Shown here in pieces: positions 16,947 through 25,268 of a stretch of DNA of 25,268 nt. The notes below the pieces were generated by a model. It had not been told where the DNA came from. It searched no databases and saw only the letters and a program-made list of their open reading frames with translations. How positions within the stretch are numbered: the stretch's first letter is position 1; each line of letters opens with the position of its first letter. This stretch comes from an uncultured virus (IMG/VR IMGVR_UViG_3300030330_003596) (Duplodnaviria > Heunggongvirae > Uroviricota > Caudoviricetes), in IMG/VR virus record IMGVR_UViG_3300030330_003596; one strand, given 5' to 3'. The position numbers were made by a program, and so were the translations under genes.

Positions 16947-17338
16947 GTGAAGAACACGCTAAATGGAATGTAAAATATATGCCCGATTCTTTTGGACGAC
17001 CTCAAAAGATTTCCAAAATGAATTTGAAACAAGTTAATGCTCGCATTAAAAGCACCAAGCAAAGATTGGTAGCAAATAAATCTTGGCTTGAAGGTCTTTA
17101 TCAAAGAAGAGCAGTTCTAATGGAAAAAGCAGGAGAGACTGACTATAAAAGAAAAAACACAAATGAAAAAATTATTCAACATTTGCGTTTAAGAAAAGAC
17201 TTGGGAGTAGATGAGGCTAAAGCAACTTATGATAATAAATTGAAGGCGGTTCTTATGACCGCATTAGATTTCTTAGAAAGAGATAAACCAATAGAATTGG
17301 TTCAAAAAGTTTTGGAACAAGCGAGGGATGAATTATGA
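16943..17338 (+). CDS. hypothetical helical protein
   Basis: 131-aa ORF with ATGA overlaps. Confidence 0.7.
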   Translation: MSEEHAKWNVKYMPDSFGRPQKISKMNLKQVNARIKSTKQRLVANKSWLEGLYQRRAVLMEKAGETDYKRKNTNEKIIQHLRLRKDLGVDEAKATYDNKLKAVLMTALDFLERDKPIELVQKVLEQARDEL

Positions 17339-17778
17339 TACAACAAGGAGAAATGACAATTATTGATTCTATAACTTATAGATGTTTAAAGATTGATGAG
17401 CAAGGATATGCTCATCTTAAAAATATCTTACATGAGCAAGGTAGACCTAAATTAGTTTTGCAAAAGTATTGTCCTTACATTGAGGATAATCAAATTATTG
17501 TTCCTGAAAAGCCCAAATATCAACGACCTAAGCCAACAACTAAAATTAGTATCACTAAGTTAATTCGTGAAAATACAGATTTACAAGTTTCAAACAACGC
17601 TAGGTTTTTTATTACTGAATGGGTTGAGACGGCAATTGCGAACATGATAGGCAACGCAGAAGAAAACGCTATAAACAGGGGCGACTCACGCATAACAGAA
17701 GCGCACCTCTTTTGGCTTGAGACTAATAATGCACCTAATGGATATTGGCCTTCAAACAAGGAATATATGCAGGAATGA
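17335..17778 (+). CDS. histone-fold protein with N-terminal extra domain
   Basis: Residues ~71-128 ISITKLIRENTDLQVSNNARFFITEWVETAIANMIGNAEENAINRGDSRITEAHL follow the alpha1-L1-alpha2-L2-alpha3 pattern. Confidence 0.7.
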   Translation: MIQQGEMTIIDSITYRCLKIDEQGYAHLKNILHEQGRPKLVLQKYCPYIEDNQIIVPEKPKYQRPKPTTKISITKLIRENTDLQVSNNARFFITEWVETAIANMIGNAEENAINRGDSRITEAHLFWLETNNAPNGYWPSNKEYMQE

Positions 17779-17784
17779 GAATTA

Positions 17785-18141
17785 ATGTTCAATGATGCTC
17801 AAATCCAAAATTGGATTGATGAGTTTGGAACAGCGACTAGTTTTACATTTCTTATTTATGGAACATTGAGAGAGGAAGAGTTATCTACAATAGTAAAGGG
17901 ATTAGTTTTCTTTTTAGATATTAAAGGATTCAAGTCTGATGTTGCTGTTTTTATTGAATATATTGATGAAGAAATGGCGGTGGCTTGGAAAGCCTTTCAA
18001 GGAACATCTGTTTCTTTTGTTTTTGGTGGAGATATGTTAGATACAGAAGAAATAGTAAAAGAGGTTGTTTTAGATGGCCTTAAATATCTAAGATATAAAA
18101 ATGACTATTTAGGACATTATAGGAGCGATTCCCATGTATAG
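17785..18141 (+). CDS. hypothetical protein
   Basis: 118-aa acidic alpha/beta ORF. Confidence 0.7.
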   Translation: MFNDAQIQNWIDEFGTATSFTFLIYGTLREEELSTIVKGLVFFLDIKGFKSDVAVFIEYIDEEMAVAWKAFQGTSVSFVFGGDMLDTEEIVKEVVLDGLKYLRYKNDYLGHYRSDSHV

Positions 18142-18529
18142 TAAAGATATGTTAGTGGGTATCTTACTTTCAGCAGGAAAGTTAGATTTCAATATTGAAA
18201 GAGCAAAAGACTCCCAAATAGGCTATCGTGTAAGGGTGAAAATTATTCTTCGTGCTAAAGAATCATTTCTTAGAGCAGTAGAAAGAACTCTTCTTCAACA
18301 TGAAATTAGTTCTTCTTACAAAGAAAAGGAATCAAAGACTAGACCAAAACCAATTCTAAAGATTGGCGGTATCAAAAATCTGTATAAATTGACAGAATTA
18401 GTTCCCGATTTACCTGATGCAAAAGGTGAATGGGCAACATTTAGAGAACTTGTAGAATTAATATCGGAAAATAAACATAGAACATCAAGTGGGCTTGATA
18501 GAATATTAGAAATAAAAGGGGTAATTTAA
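18134..18529 (+). CDS. single-motif LAGLIDADG-fold protein, probably nuclease-inactive
   Basis: LVGILLSAG motif helix, GYRVRVKI strand, K..W..F.ELVELI...KHRTSSGLDRILEIK C-terminus typical of LAGLIDADG endonucleases. Confidence 0.7.
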   Translation: MYSKDMLVGILLSAGKLDFNIERAKDSQIGYRVRVKIILRAKESFLRAVERTLLQHEISSSYKEKESKTRPKPILKIGGIKNLYKLTELVPDLPDAKGEWATFRELVELISENKHRTSSGLDRILEIKGVI

Positions 18530-19374
18530 TGGCACTAACCAATAAAAATAATGATAATAGAACAATACTACTTACAGGCAAAACTGGAACTGGGAAATCA
18601 ACAAAAGCACTTACATTTGTTAATGACCCTATTGTTCTTTATGCCGACGATATTGATTTTGACGTAGGTTCATTTCCTGCGGAGAATGGTATCGTTATCG
18701 AAGATGTGCATTACAAACCTGATAAATCAGAAATCTTGCACATTATGAGAAATTATCGTGGTCAAGTAGTATTAACTTCAATTAATCAAAAATCTGTTCC
18801 GAAGGAAATAAAAGATATGTGCAAAATTAAAAGAGCAGGTTCTACTAATTTTCTTGAACAGTCTATCAAAGAGATAGCGCCAAATAGCGAAACTCCTTTT
18901 TCTTTAGAAAGAGATACCTACTCAATAGTAAATGGCTTTCTAAAAGAAAGAGATAGAGATTTAATCGCTGAGGTTCTTTTGTTTAACAAACCATCAGATA
19001 CTCAGATTTTATCTTGGTTATCTGAAAATATGCACCCCAACAGATTAATTTTTGTTGATGGAAGAGTAAAGCGCAGATGGAGTCAAAGATACTTTTATGA
19101 AATGCTTTCTTATTGCCATGCAGGTGGATTTGTTGGGCAATTAAATATGCCAAAAAGAAGAGCGTATTCGCCATTACCCAAATTAGCGAGAAGGTTGGGT
19201 GTAAAAAATCAAAGACTTCTTCCTGCTTTATTGAAAGATAAAGCGTTTAAAGAACAAGCAAAAAAGAAATTAAACAATGCAGAATGCAGACTTCTTAAGA
19301 TTGGTGAAAAAAGAAGGAGAAAGAAAACGACTCCTATTGTAATTACCCAATCTTCTTTAGAAGAATTTATGTGA
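18529..19374 (+). CDS. replication factor C large-subunit-like AAA+ protein
   Basis: Walker A GKTGTGKST, Walker B IVIEDV, C-terminal PIP-like QSSLEEF; adjacent to RFC small subunit. Confidence 0.7.
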   Translation: MALTNKNNDNRTILLTGKTGTGKSTKALTFVNDPIVLYADDIDFDVGSFPAENGIVIEDVHYKPDKSEILHIMRNYRGQVVLTSINQKSVPKEIKDMCKIKRAGSTNFLEQSIKEIAPNSETPFSLERDTYSIVNGFLKERDRDLIAEVLLFNKPSDTQILSWLSENMHPNRLIFVDGRVKRRWSQRYFYEMLSYCHAGGFVGQLNMPKRRAYSPLPKLARRLGVKNQRLLPALLKDKAFKEQAKKKLNNAECRLLKIGEKRRRKKTTPIVITQSSLEEFM

Positions 19375-19383
19375 GGAATAAAT

Positions 19384-20295
19384 ATGTTATGGACAGAAAA
19401 ATATAGACCAAAGAAATTAAATGATGTAATAGGACAAGAACATTTTACATCAGATGCAAGAGGATGGATTGAAGAAAGAAACATGCCTAATGTTTTATTA
19501 TACGGAAATCCTGGAAATGGTAAAACAGGAGCAGGATTAGCCATTGGAAGAGAAATATTAGGTGAAACATTTAAAGATAATTATGTTGAAGTAAATGCAT
19601 CAGATGATAGAAGATTAGAGAATGTGCGAACTACTATCAAGAATATCGCACAAAGCGGAACAATTGGTGATGCACCATTTAGAATCGTATTATTGGATGA
19701 AATGGATGGCATGACCACTGATGCACAAAACGCACTAAAGCGTATTATGGAACGATATGCAAGTAATATTCGTTTTATTATTACCTGCAACGATAGAAAT
19801 AAGATTATTTTTGCATTACAAAGTAGGTGTGCAAATTATCATTTTAAGCCTCTCTCTAATGAGGCTATGATGGAGGTTTTATCTTTAATCCTCAAGGCTG
19901 AAGAAATAACCCGATTCTCCCAAGATGAATTGCACTCCTTTATATATGCTATGAATGGTGATATGCGGAGGGCGATTACGGAACTACAAGCGGCAAAAGC
20001 CAGCAATTCCACCCTTAAAACGCAAATAAATGCAGGATTAAATGAATATAAAAAATTGCTAATGAATATAGTTAATAAAGACACTACCTACGCATTAAGC
20101 GAAATACATGACCTATTACATAACGGATATACCATCCGTGAGGTTTGTATTGGCTTACATGATGCTGTTATTGAAACAGATTTAGAAAGACAAATTAAAT
20201 TCAAAGTATTACGAACAATTGGAGAAAGCGAATGGCGTTCAACCACTATGACTCCAAAGGTTTTAGCCTCTTGGCTCATTAGCCAACTATCATAG
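19384..20295 (+). CDS. rfcS: replication factor C small subunit (clamp loader)
   Basis: WTEKYRP, GNPGNGKT, EVNASD, LLDEMDGMTTDAQNAL, SRC motif, GDMRRAI. Confidence 0.95.
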   Translation: MLWTEKYRPKKLNDVIGQEHFTSDARGWIEERNMPNVLLYGNPGNGKTGAGLAIGREILGETFKDNYVEVNASDDRRLENVRTTIKNIAQSGTIGDAPFRIVLLDEMDGMTTDAQNALKRIMERYASNIRFIITCNDRNKIIFALQSRCANYHFKPLSNEAMMEVLSLILKAEEITRFSQDELHSFIYAMNGDMRRAITELQAAKASNSTLKTQINAGLNEYKKLLMNIVNKDTTYALSEIHDLLHNGYTIREVCIGLHDAVIETDLERQIKFKVLRTIGESEWRSTTMTPKVLASWLISQLS

Positions 20296-20300
20296 ACTTG

Positions 20301-20325
20301 AACAAAAACAAAACAAAAACAAAAA
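20301..20325 (+). repeat. imperfect (A4-5C)n microsatellite
   Basis: AACAAAAACAAAACAAAAACAAAAA in the intergenic gap. Confidence 0.6.
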
Positions 20326-20326
20326 T

Positions 20327-21565
20327 ATGGATGTGAAAAATATGGATGAAAACATGAAAGCAGAAATTGAAAAAAGTGCGACATACATTAGTATGACCGC
20401 AGAAGAAGCGATGAGCAAATTTGAAGAGATTTGTTCTGAAAATAACATTGAAACAACAAACCCTATTGCTAAGGGTCTTTGGAGAAACTTTGTTGCAAAT
20501 GTGCGAAGAACCCAAAATTCAGAAGGTTCTGAACAAAAGAGCAACGATTCCTTTTACAAAGCAGCATTCGGTTTCTTTGTTTCTTTAGATGCTCCAAGAG
20601 ATATGATGTCTTGGAACAGAATGAAAGCAAAAGAAGAATTTATACGAGATGCTGATAATGCTCTTGAACAGGGTATTGTTGCTATTGCTTCGCAAAATGC
20701 GCTTGGTAAATGGGTTGTTGCTCGTTATCATAATGGAGAATATAATGAAAAGACAATGGGAACATTACCATCAGGAGCAGAAGAAGCAGAAGATGGTCGT
20801 TTTTACATTCCTTTGGATAATACTGCCACTTACATGAATGGCGGTAAAAACAACAATTACGGTAAGCCTCTTCCCGCAGAACAAATGCGACGAAGCGGTG
20901 TTTTCTTTGGTTCTATTGGAGCAACGGAGGAAATGAAGCCTTATTATTTCTCTTATAAGAATCAACAAGGCGTTGATTTTGCACCAAATACTTTTGAATG
21001 GGTGCATTTCCTTTGTGTTGCTAATGACAACGGAACGGATATTTATGGTGCAAAGGACTTGACTTTACAAAGCCTTTCTCTTAATTCCGAGATGAACCCC
21101 GAAAACGAACTTTATCGTGATATGTCATCTTTTGACTTTGAGGATTGCTTGAGAGAAAACTTTGAATCTCATCTTGTTCCTCTCGTTGATATGGATAAGG
21201 CACATATTGGCCGACAAGCCCTTCCTTCTAAGGAGAGATATGTGATTACGGACGGAACTGTTTGTAATATGAATATGACTCCAACAAAGAATGGAAACAG
21301 AATCATTAATCTAACTGATTTGAATGCAGAAATGGATTATGATTCAGATGAAAGCGGTATCACTACTTGCTGGATTCCTGAGCATTTAACGCTTGATTTC
21401 GGTATTGGTTCTTCTGTCATTGTTATTGGCCGAACAAGCCAAAGAACAACAGATGAAGGAGTTGAGCCAACTACAATCAATGTTGCTGGTATTTACTGCA
21501 CAGTTCGTCATGGTTCAGCAGTAGAAGTTTCAGTTCCAGTTGAAGAGGATTTTGACTGGTTTTGA
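20327..21565 (+). CDS. RPA/SSB-like OB-fold single-stranded DNA-binding protein
   Basis: C-terminal OB-like region (ITDGTV...RIINLTD...ITTCW...GSSVIVIGRT); acidic-aromatic tail EEDFDWF; replication context; start could be a downstream Met. Confidence 0.65.
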   Translation: MDVKNMDENMKAEIEKSATYISMTAEEAMSKFEEICSENNIETTNPIAKGLWRNFVANVRRTQNSEGSEQKSNDSFYKAAFGFFVSLDAPRDMMSWNRMKAKEEFIRDADNALEQGIVAIASQNALGKWVVARYHNGEYNEKTMGTLPSGAEEAEDGRFYIPLDNTATYMNGGKNNNYGKPLPAEQMRRSGVFFGSIGATEEMKPYYFSYKNQQGVDFAPNTFEWVHFLCVANDNGTDIYGAKDLTLQSLSLNSEMNPENELYRDMSSFDFEDCLRENFESHLVPLVDMDKAHIGRQALPSKERYVITDGTVCNMNMTPTKNGNRIINLTDLNAEMDYDSDESGITTCWIPEHLTLDFGIGSSVIVIGRTSQRTTDEGVEPTTINVAGIYCTVRHGSAVEVSVPVEEDFDWF

Positions 21566-21645
21566 TTAAAAACCTTCCTTTGTGTAATCGTTGGCGTTAA
21601 TGACGGTCAAAGAGGTGCGAAGCCTCTCCCTTTGGAGGGTAAAAT

Positions 21646-21897
21646 ATGGAAGATTTAAAAGAGAATAGATATTTAGTAAAACAAACAAGTTATATTGTTG
21701 ATTTGAAAGATGTAGATTTCATTACATGGAGTGCTAATGAAAGAGACTTGGGAAAGTTTTTGGCTAAGTTGCACATCGGAACAAAAGAAACAAGATATAT
21801 GTGTCAATCCGCAGAAGAATTAAAAGAACTTCTTCAAGGATGGGCAGATGCAAAAGGAAAAGAATTAGAAATAAAATTAGATGAAATAGAATGGTGA
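21646..21897 (+). CDS. hypothetical protein
   Basis: 83-aa ORF with GGAGGG RBS. Confidence 0.7.
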   Translation: MEDLKENRYLVKQTSYIVDLKDVDFITWSANERDLGKFLAKLHIGTKETRYMCQSAEELKELLQGWADAKGKELEIKLDEIEW

Positions 21898-21901
21898 TAA
21901 C

Positions 21902-22717
21902 ATGGGATTAACAAGTGGAAAAACAAAAATTGATGAAGGAATGGCACAAAACGCAAGGGTTGTGGCTTTTAGGGATAAACTGGCAAAACAAACGGCAGGG
22001 CGATTGGCTCGTAAAAACCGTTTAATTTGTGGTATTTGGGGAGAACCAAAGACCGTTAAAAGCGGTTTGGCTCTTGATTTCCCAGATAAGCAAATTTATG
22101 TTCTTGACTGGGATGATGGTTGTGAACCAACATGGCGACAAAACCATGAAATGACTGATAGGATTACTCTTTGGAATCCTGAAGTAAGAAACAAAAATGG
22201 TGAATTAGATATTCAAAAGTCTGAAGCAAATTCAGAAGATTTTGTTCTCTTTGTTAAGTCAAAGATTGAAGAGGGCGAAGATTGTCTTTTTGTCTTTGAT
22301 GGTGTAGATAAGTGGCTTGATTGTTGCACATTGAATGTAACTGGCTCTTCAAAAATTGGAAAGCCACAAAAGATGAAGTTTGAATGGGGCAAGCGAAACG
22401 CCCCATTTTATTCTCTTTTGATGATGTGTAAGAATCTTAATTGCGACCAAATCTACATTACACACGCTAAGGCTGATTATGGAGCAACTGGTGAAGTTAT
22501 TGGTTCTAAACCAAACTGGCACAATTGGGGTGATTACCTGTATCAAATTATTTCAACAAGAAGAACACGCAAAAAGAACGATGTTGTTTATAAGGCTGAA
22601 TTACTCAGCAGTAAAACCAACACCGAATTAGTGGGCAAATCTTGGGAAACATTAACTGTTGGTAACGGTAAAGTTTCTTGGGATGGAATGTCTGAATTGC
22701 GTGAGGGATTGATTTGA
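21902..22717 (+). CDS. RecA-superfamily (Sak4/RadA-like) P-loop ATPase
   Basis: Walker A-like GEPKTVKS, LDWDDG, Walker B FVFDGVD, IYITH. Confidence 0.7.
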   Translation: MGLTSGKTKIDEGMAQNARVVAFRDKLAKQTAGRLARKNRLICGIWGEPKTVKSGLALDFPDKQIYVLDWDDGCEPTWRQNHEMTDRITLWNPEVRNKNGELDIQKSEANSEDFVLFVKSKIEEGEDCLFVFDGVDKWLDCCTLNVTGSSKIGKPQKMKFEWGKRNAPFYSLLMMCKNLNCDQIYITHAKADYGATGEVIGSKPNWHNWGDYLYQIISTRRTRKKNDVVYKAELLSSKTNTELVGKSWETLTVGNGKVSWDGMSELREGLI

Positions 22718-23481
22718 AATTCACAATTGATAGTGATACCTTAAAGAAAGCATTAGAAAGCGTTCAAGTAAAGGGTAAAGGAACAACGAGTGGCGGTTTT
22801 GGTAATACCAATTTTGGCAGTTATGCCTATATTGTTGCTGACACTGCTTCTATTGAAATATGGAATGGCAATCCAACATTCTGTGTCAGAATTGCTATTG
22901 ATGCAGATATTGAAGAACAAGGCAGGGTTTGTGTTGATAGTTCAACAGTAATTCCCTATCTAAAGAATTTTAGCGGAGAAGATATTGTTTTCTCCGTTGG
23001 TGATTTTGTTCTTATCAATTGTGGCACAAAGAAGGCATCTATTCCTTTGGTTGTTAATCATCCAAATGCTGATGCTATCTCAAGACTACAAAATATGCTT
23101 AACCCAATTTCATATGAAATTCAGCCTCAGACCCTTTTCAACTTTGGTAAGTCAAAGTTTGAAGGGGCTTTTACTCTTACACAAAGACAATTACAGGACT
23201 CAATCAAAGCCTGTGAATTAGTTAAGAGTGGGGTATATAAGTTTGATTTCAATAAGGGTTTGTTGAATATTTCAACACGACAAAATGTTACAAACAAATA
23301 TGAAGAAACAATAACTCCTGCTTTTCCTACGGGAGAACCTGCTACGGTGGAGTTTAGTTCGCCAATCTACGCTTTCTTTGAGAAAGACCAGATGTTGAAC
23401 TTTTATATGAGAGATGATTTTCCTCTCTTAGTTGTAGCAAATGATAGAATGCTATTGAAAGCACCGCATATTTCAGGGTGA
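22714..23481 (+). CDS. pcn: DNA sliding clamp (PCNA-like)
   Basis: 255 aa, MKFTIDSDTLKKALESV start, two-domain clamp pattern, C-terminal DFPLLV...LLKAP; directly upstream of PolB; TTG start. Confidence 0.75.
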   Translation: MKFTIDSDTLKKALESVQVKGKGTTSGGFGNTNFGSYAYIVADTASIEIWNGNPTFCVRIAIDADIEEQGRVCVDSSTVIPYLKNFSGEDIVFSVGDFVLINCGTKKASIPLVVNHPNADAISRLQNMLNPISYEIQPQTLFNFGKSKFEGAFTLTQRQLQDSIKACELVKSGVYKFDFNKGLLNISTRQNVTNKYEETITPAFPTGEPATVEFSSPIYAFFEKDQMLNFYMRDDFPLLVVANDRMLLKAPHISG

Positions 23482-23487
23482 ATAATA

Positions 23488-25146
23488 ATGATAATTAGTA
23501 AAATGGATGATGGAAATAGAATATACAAATCTTGGAGAGAAAACGGAGAGAAGAAACATGAAATTGTTCCCTTTCGACCTTATTTTTATGTCAAAGAAGA
23601 TAGTGCAGAACCATTTGAATATAGACCTACTAAATATATTAGTCGGGAGTTTGAGTATATTCGTGGCGACTGGGTTAATCTTAATAATGAACCACTAAAG
23701 AAGGTTATTGTTGAGACTTCTCACGATATAAGAAAAGCAAAGGATTTATTCGGTGAAACCTATGAAGCCGATGTTCCTTTTCATTTTCGTTATTGTGTTG
23801 ATGAATTAGATGAAATGTTTGAATATAAAATGCGTAAATGGTATTGGGATATGGAATGGCAACAAGGCGGAGATTATCACGACCAATTGACTACAATTGT
23901 TGTTTATGATAACTACGATGAGAAATACTATCAATGGGTATGGTTTCCTAATTACGATGATTCCTTAGAAGGAAAAGACATTAAAGATTTTGATAAGTTT
24001 GTTTTTGATAATGAAAAGGATATGATTGAATCTTTTTTGAACACTATGATTGTAAAAGACCCCGATATGCTAATTGCTTGGTTTGGTCATTTTGCTGATT
24101 TACCAAAGTTATTTGAACGGGCTTGTGCGGTGGGTCTTGACCCTCGCATTATTTCACCAACAGCAACAGTTAAGGGAGTAAAGTCTGTAAAAGACGGCTA
24201 TGAGTTCAAATATTCGGAGAAAGGTTTTTCTCCAATTGAACAACCGATTGGTGGGCGAATTACACTTTCTTTGGATTTAGCATTTGAAAGACAATGGAAT
24301 GATTCTCAAAGGGGAACATTACCCTCCCTTTCTCTTGATTATATCGGTGAAACAGTTCTTGAGAAGAAGAAATTAGTTTCGGAGAAGTTTCCTGATACTA
24401 ACGAATTTTATCGAAGGGCTTGGCTTGAAGATACAGAAACATATCTTCAATATGCTTTGAGAGACGTTGAATTGATGGTTGAGATTGATGAAGTTAATTT
24501 TTGTAGTGAAGCAATCCTTTCTCTTCAACGATTACTGAAAGCACCATTTGATGCTTGTTTTTATGCGAGTCATATGGGTTCTATTTACTTTATGCGAAAC
24601 GCTTGGTGGAAAGCACCAACAGGTAATAAAGTAGATAAAAGACAGGAATATGAAGGTGCTATGATTTATGACCCACTAAGCGAAGGAACAAACGGATTAC
24701 ATCTTAATGTAGCCGCTTTTGATTTTGCTGGTCTATATCCTTCAATGATGATTGCAAGAAATATCTCATGGGAAACTAAATCTGAAGAACCAACGGAGTT
24801 CGGAGTAAATATTCTTACTCCGAGAGACTTTAGCGAAACATCGAGAGAACAAATGCTTTATTACAAAACAGATAAATTAGGTCTTTTACCGAGAGCAGTT
24901 CTCGAATTAAAAGAATTAAGAAATGAATATAAACGTTTAATGCGTGAAGCAAGAGAAACAGATAATGGCGAGTATGCTAAGTGGTATAATAATCAAATGG
25001 CAGTAAAGCGATTAATGGCTTCTTTTTACGGCATTGTTGCTTTTCAAGGATTTGGATGGGCTGATGTAGATTTAGCCGCTTCTATTACTGCAAGTGCGAG
25101 AGAAGCAATTCGTTTGGCTGCATTTGCCGCAAAGGAGATGGAATAA
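23488..25146 (+). CDS. polB: family B DNA polymerase, N-terminal part (exonuclease plus motifs A and B only)
   Basis: FRPYFY, YEADVPF, ExoI WDMEW, ExoIII YALRD, YEGA, motif A DFAGLYPS, motif B KRLMASFYG; stops before the DTDS motif. Confidence 0.92.
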   Translation: MIISKMDDGNRIYKSWRENGEKKHEIVPFRPYFYVKEDSAEPFEYRPTKYISREFEYIRGDWVNLNNEPLKKVIVETSHDIRKAKDLFGETYEADVPFHFRYCVDELDEMFEYKMRKWYWDMEWQQGGDYHDQLTTIVVYDNYDEKYYQWVWFPNYDDSLEGKDIKDFDKFVFDNEKDMIESFLNTMIVKDPDMLIAWFGHFADLPKLFERACAVGLDPRIISPTATVKGVKSVKDGYEFKYSEKGFSPIEQPIGGRITLSLDLAFERQWNDSQRGTLPSLSLDYIGETVLEKKKLVSEKFPDTNEFYRRAWLEDTETYLQYALRDVELMVEIDEVNFCSEAILSLQRLLKAPFDACFYASHMGSIYFMRNAWWKAPTGNKVDKRQEYEGAMIYDPLSEGTNGLHLNVAAFDFAGLYPSMMIARNISWETKSEEPTEFGVNILTPRDFSETSREQMLYYKTDKLGLLPRAVLELKELRNEYKRLMREARETDNGEYAKWYNNQMAVKRLMASFYGIVAFQGFGWADVDLAASITASAREAIRLAAFAAKEME

Positions 25147-25268
25147 ATGGGAAGAAGTGCAGGAAATTATAGAATAAAACAAAAGTTAATTGAATCTCTA
25201 CAACAGGTAGAAAACCCCGATGAGTTTCAATTAGATGAAATAATTGATTTTTACAAAAGAGAGCATGG
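25147..25268 (+). CDS. hypothetical protein, 3'-truncated by window edge
   Basis: MGRSAGNYRIKQKLIESLQQVENPDEFQLDEIIDFYKREH; ATG abuts the polB stop. Confidence 0.6.
   Translation, partial: MGRSAGNYRIKQKLIESLQQVENPDEFQLDEIIDFYKREH

Noticed and set aside
18134..18529. Active homing endonuclease or mobile intron
   Set aside because: The catalytic acidic residue is absent, and there is no interrupted host gene or flanking non-coding intron sequence
20301..20325. A/C repeat as a CRISPR mini-array or iteron origin
   Set aside because: Only 25 nt of low complexity with no spacer structure; no CRISPR-like repeats seen anywhere in the window
1884..22546. Minus-strand ORFs in the supplied track (e.g. 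16733-17104, 19209-19544, 20088-20384)
   Set aside because: All are antisense shadows of well-supported + strand genes and show no recognisable motifs
3989..23698. Short + strand alternate-frame ORFs (3989, 5062, 5860, 10553, 20649, 22985, 23507)
   Set aside because: They are nested in longer genes with clear coding signal and show atypical composition
25100..25268. Programmed frameshift or stop readthrough continuing PolB
   Set aside because: No DTDS motif in any frame downstream; the next ORF has its own RBS and ATG
1..25268. Cellular (archaeal or bacterial) chromosome origin, or alternative genetic code
   Set aside because: Single-strand dense layout, many tiny ORFans and divergent mixed-origin replication genes indicate a virus; all three stop codons end genes at sensible junctions

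Overview
AT-rich, densely packed window with every credible gene on the + strand. The gene content is that of a tailed dsDNA virus of archaea, most like the 'magroviruses' of Marine Group II/Poseidoniales; this is inferred from gene content and no structural genes are in view. The right third is an archaeal-type replication module: ATP-dependent ligase, RFC large-like and small subunits, RPA/SSB-like protein, RecA/Sak4-like ATPase, PCNA and the N-terminal part of an apparently split PolB. The window also holds a class II ribonucleotide reductase, a MazG-like pyrophosphatase, tRNA-Arg(UCU), a bacterial-type GroES/GroEL pair, a TFB-like factor and a PC4-like protein. The most striking content is a dispersed, virus-encoded ubiquitin-like toolkit: a beta-grasp Ubl ending GG-YY with its own promoter and terminator, a minimal ThiF/E1, a JAB/MPN+ protease, and a weak E2-like candidate. 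It sits alongside two histone-fold-like proteins, a five-repeat Myb-like protein and an apparently catalytically dead LAGLIDADG protein. Several small ORFs absent from the supplied track were read manually. All product calls come from motif recognition by eye, not from database searches.
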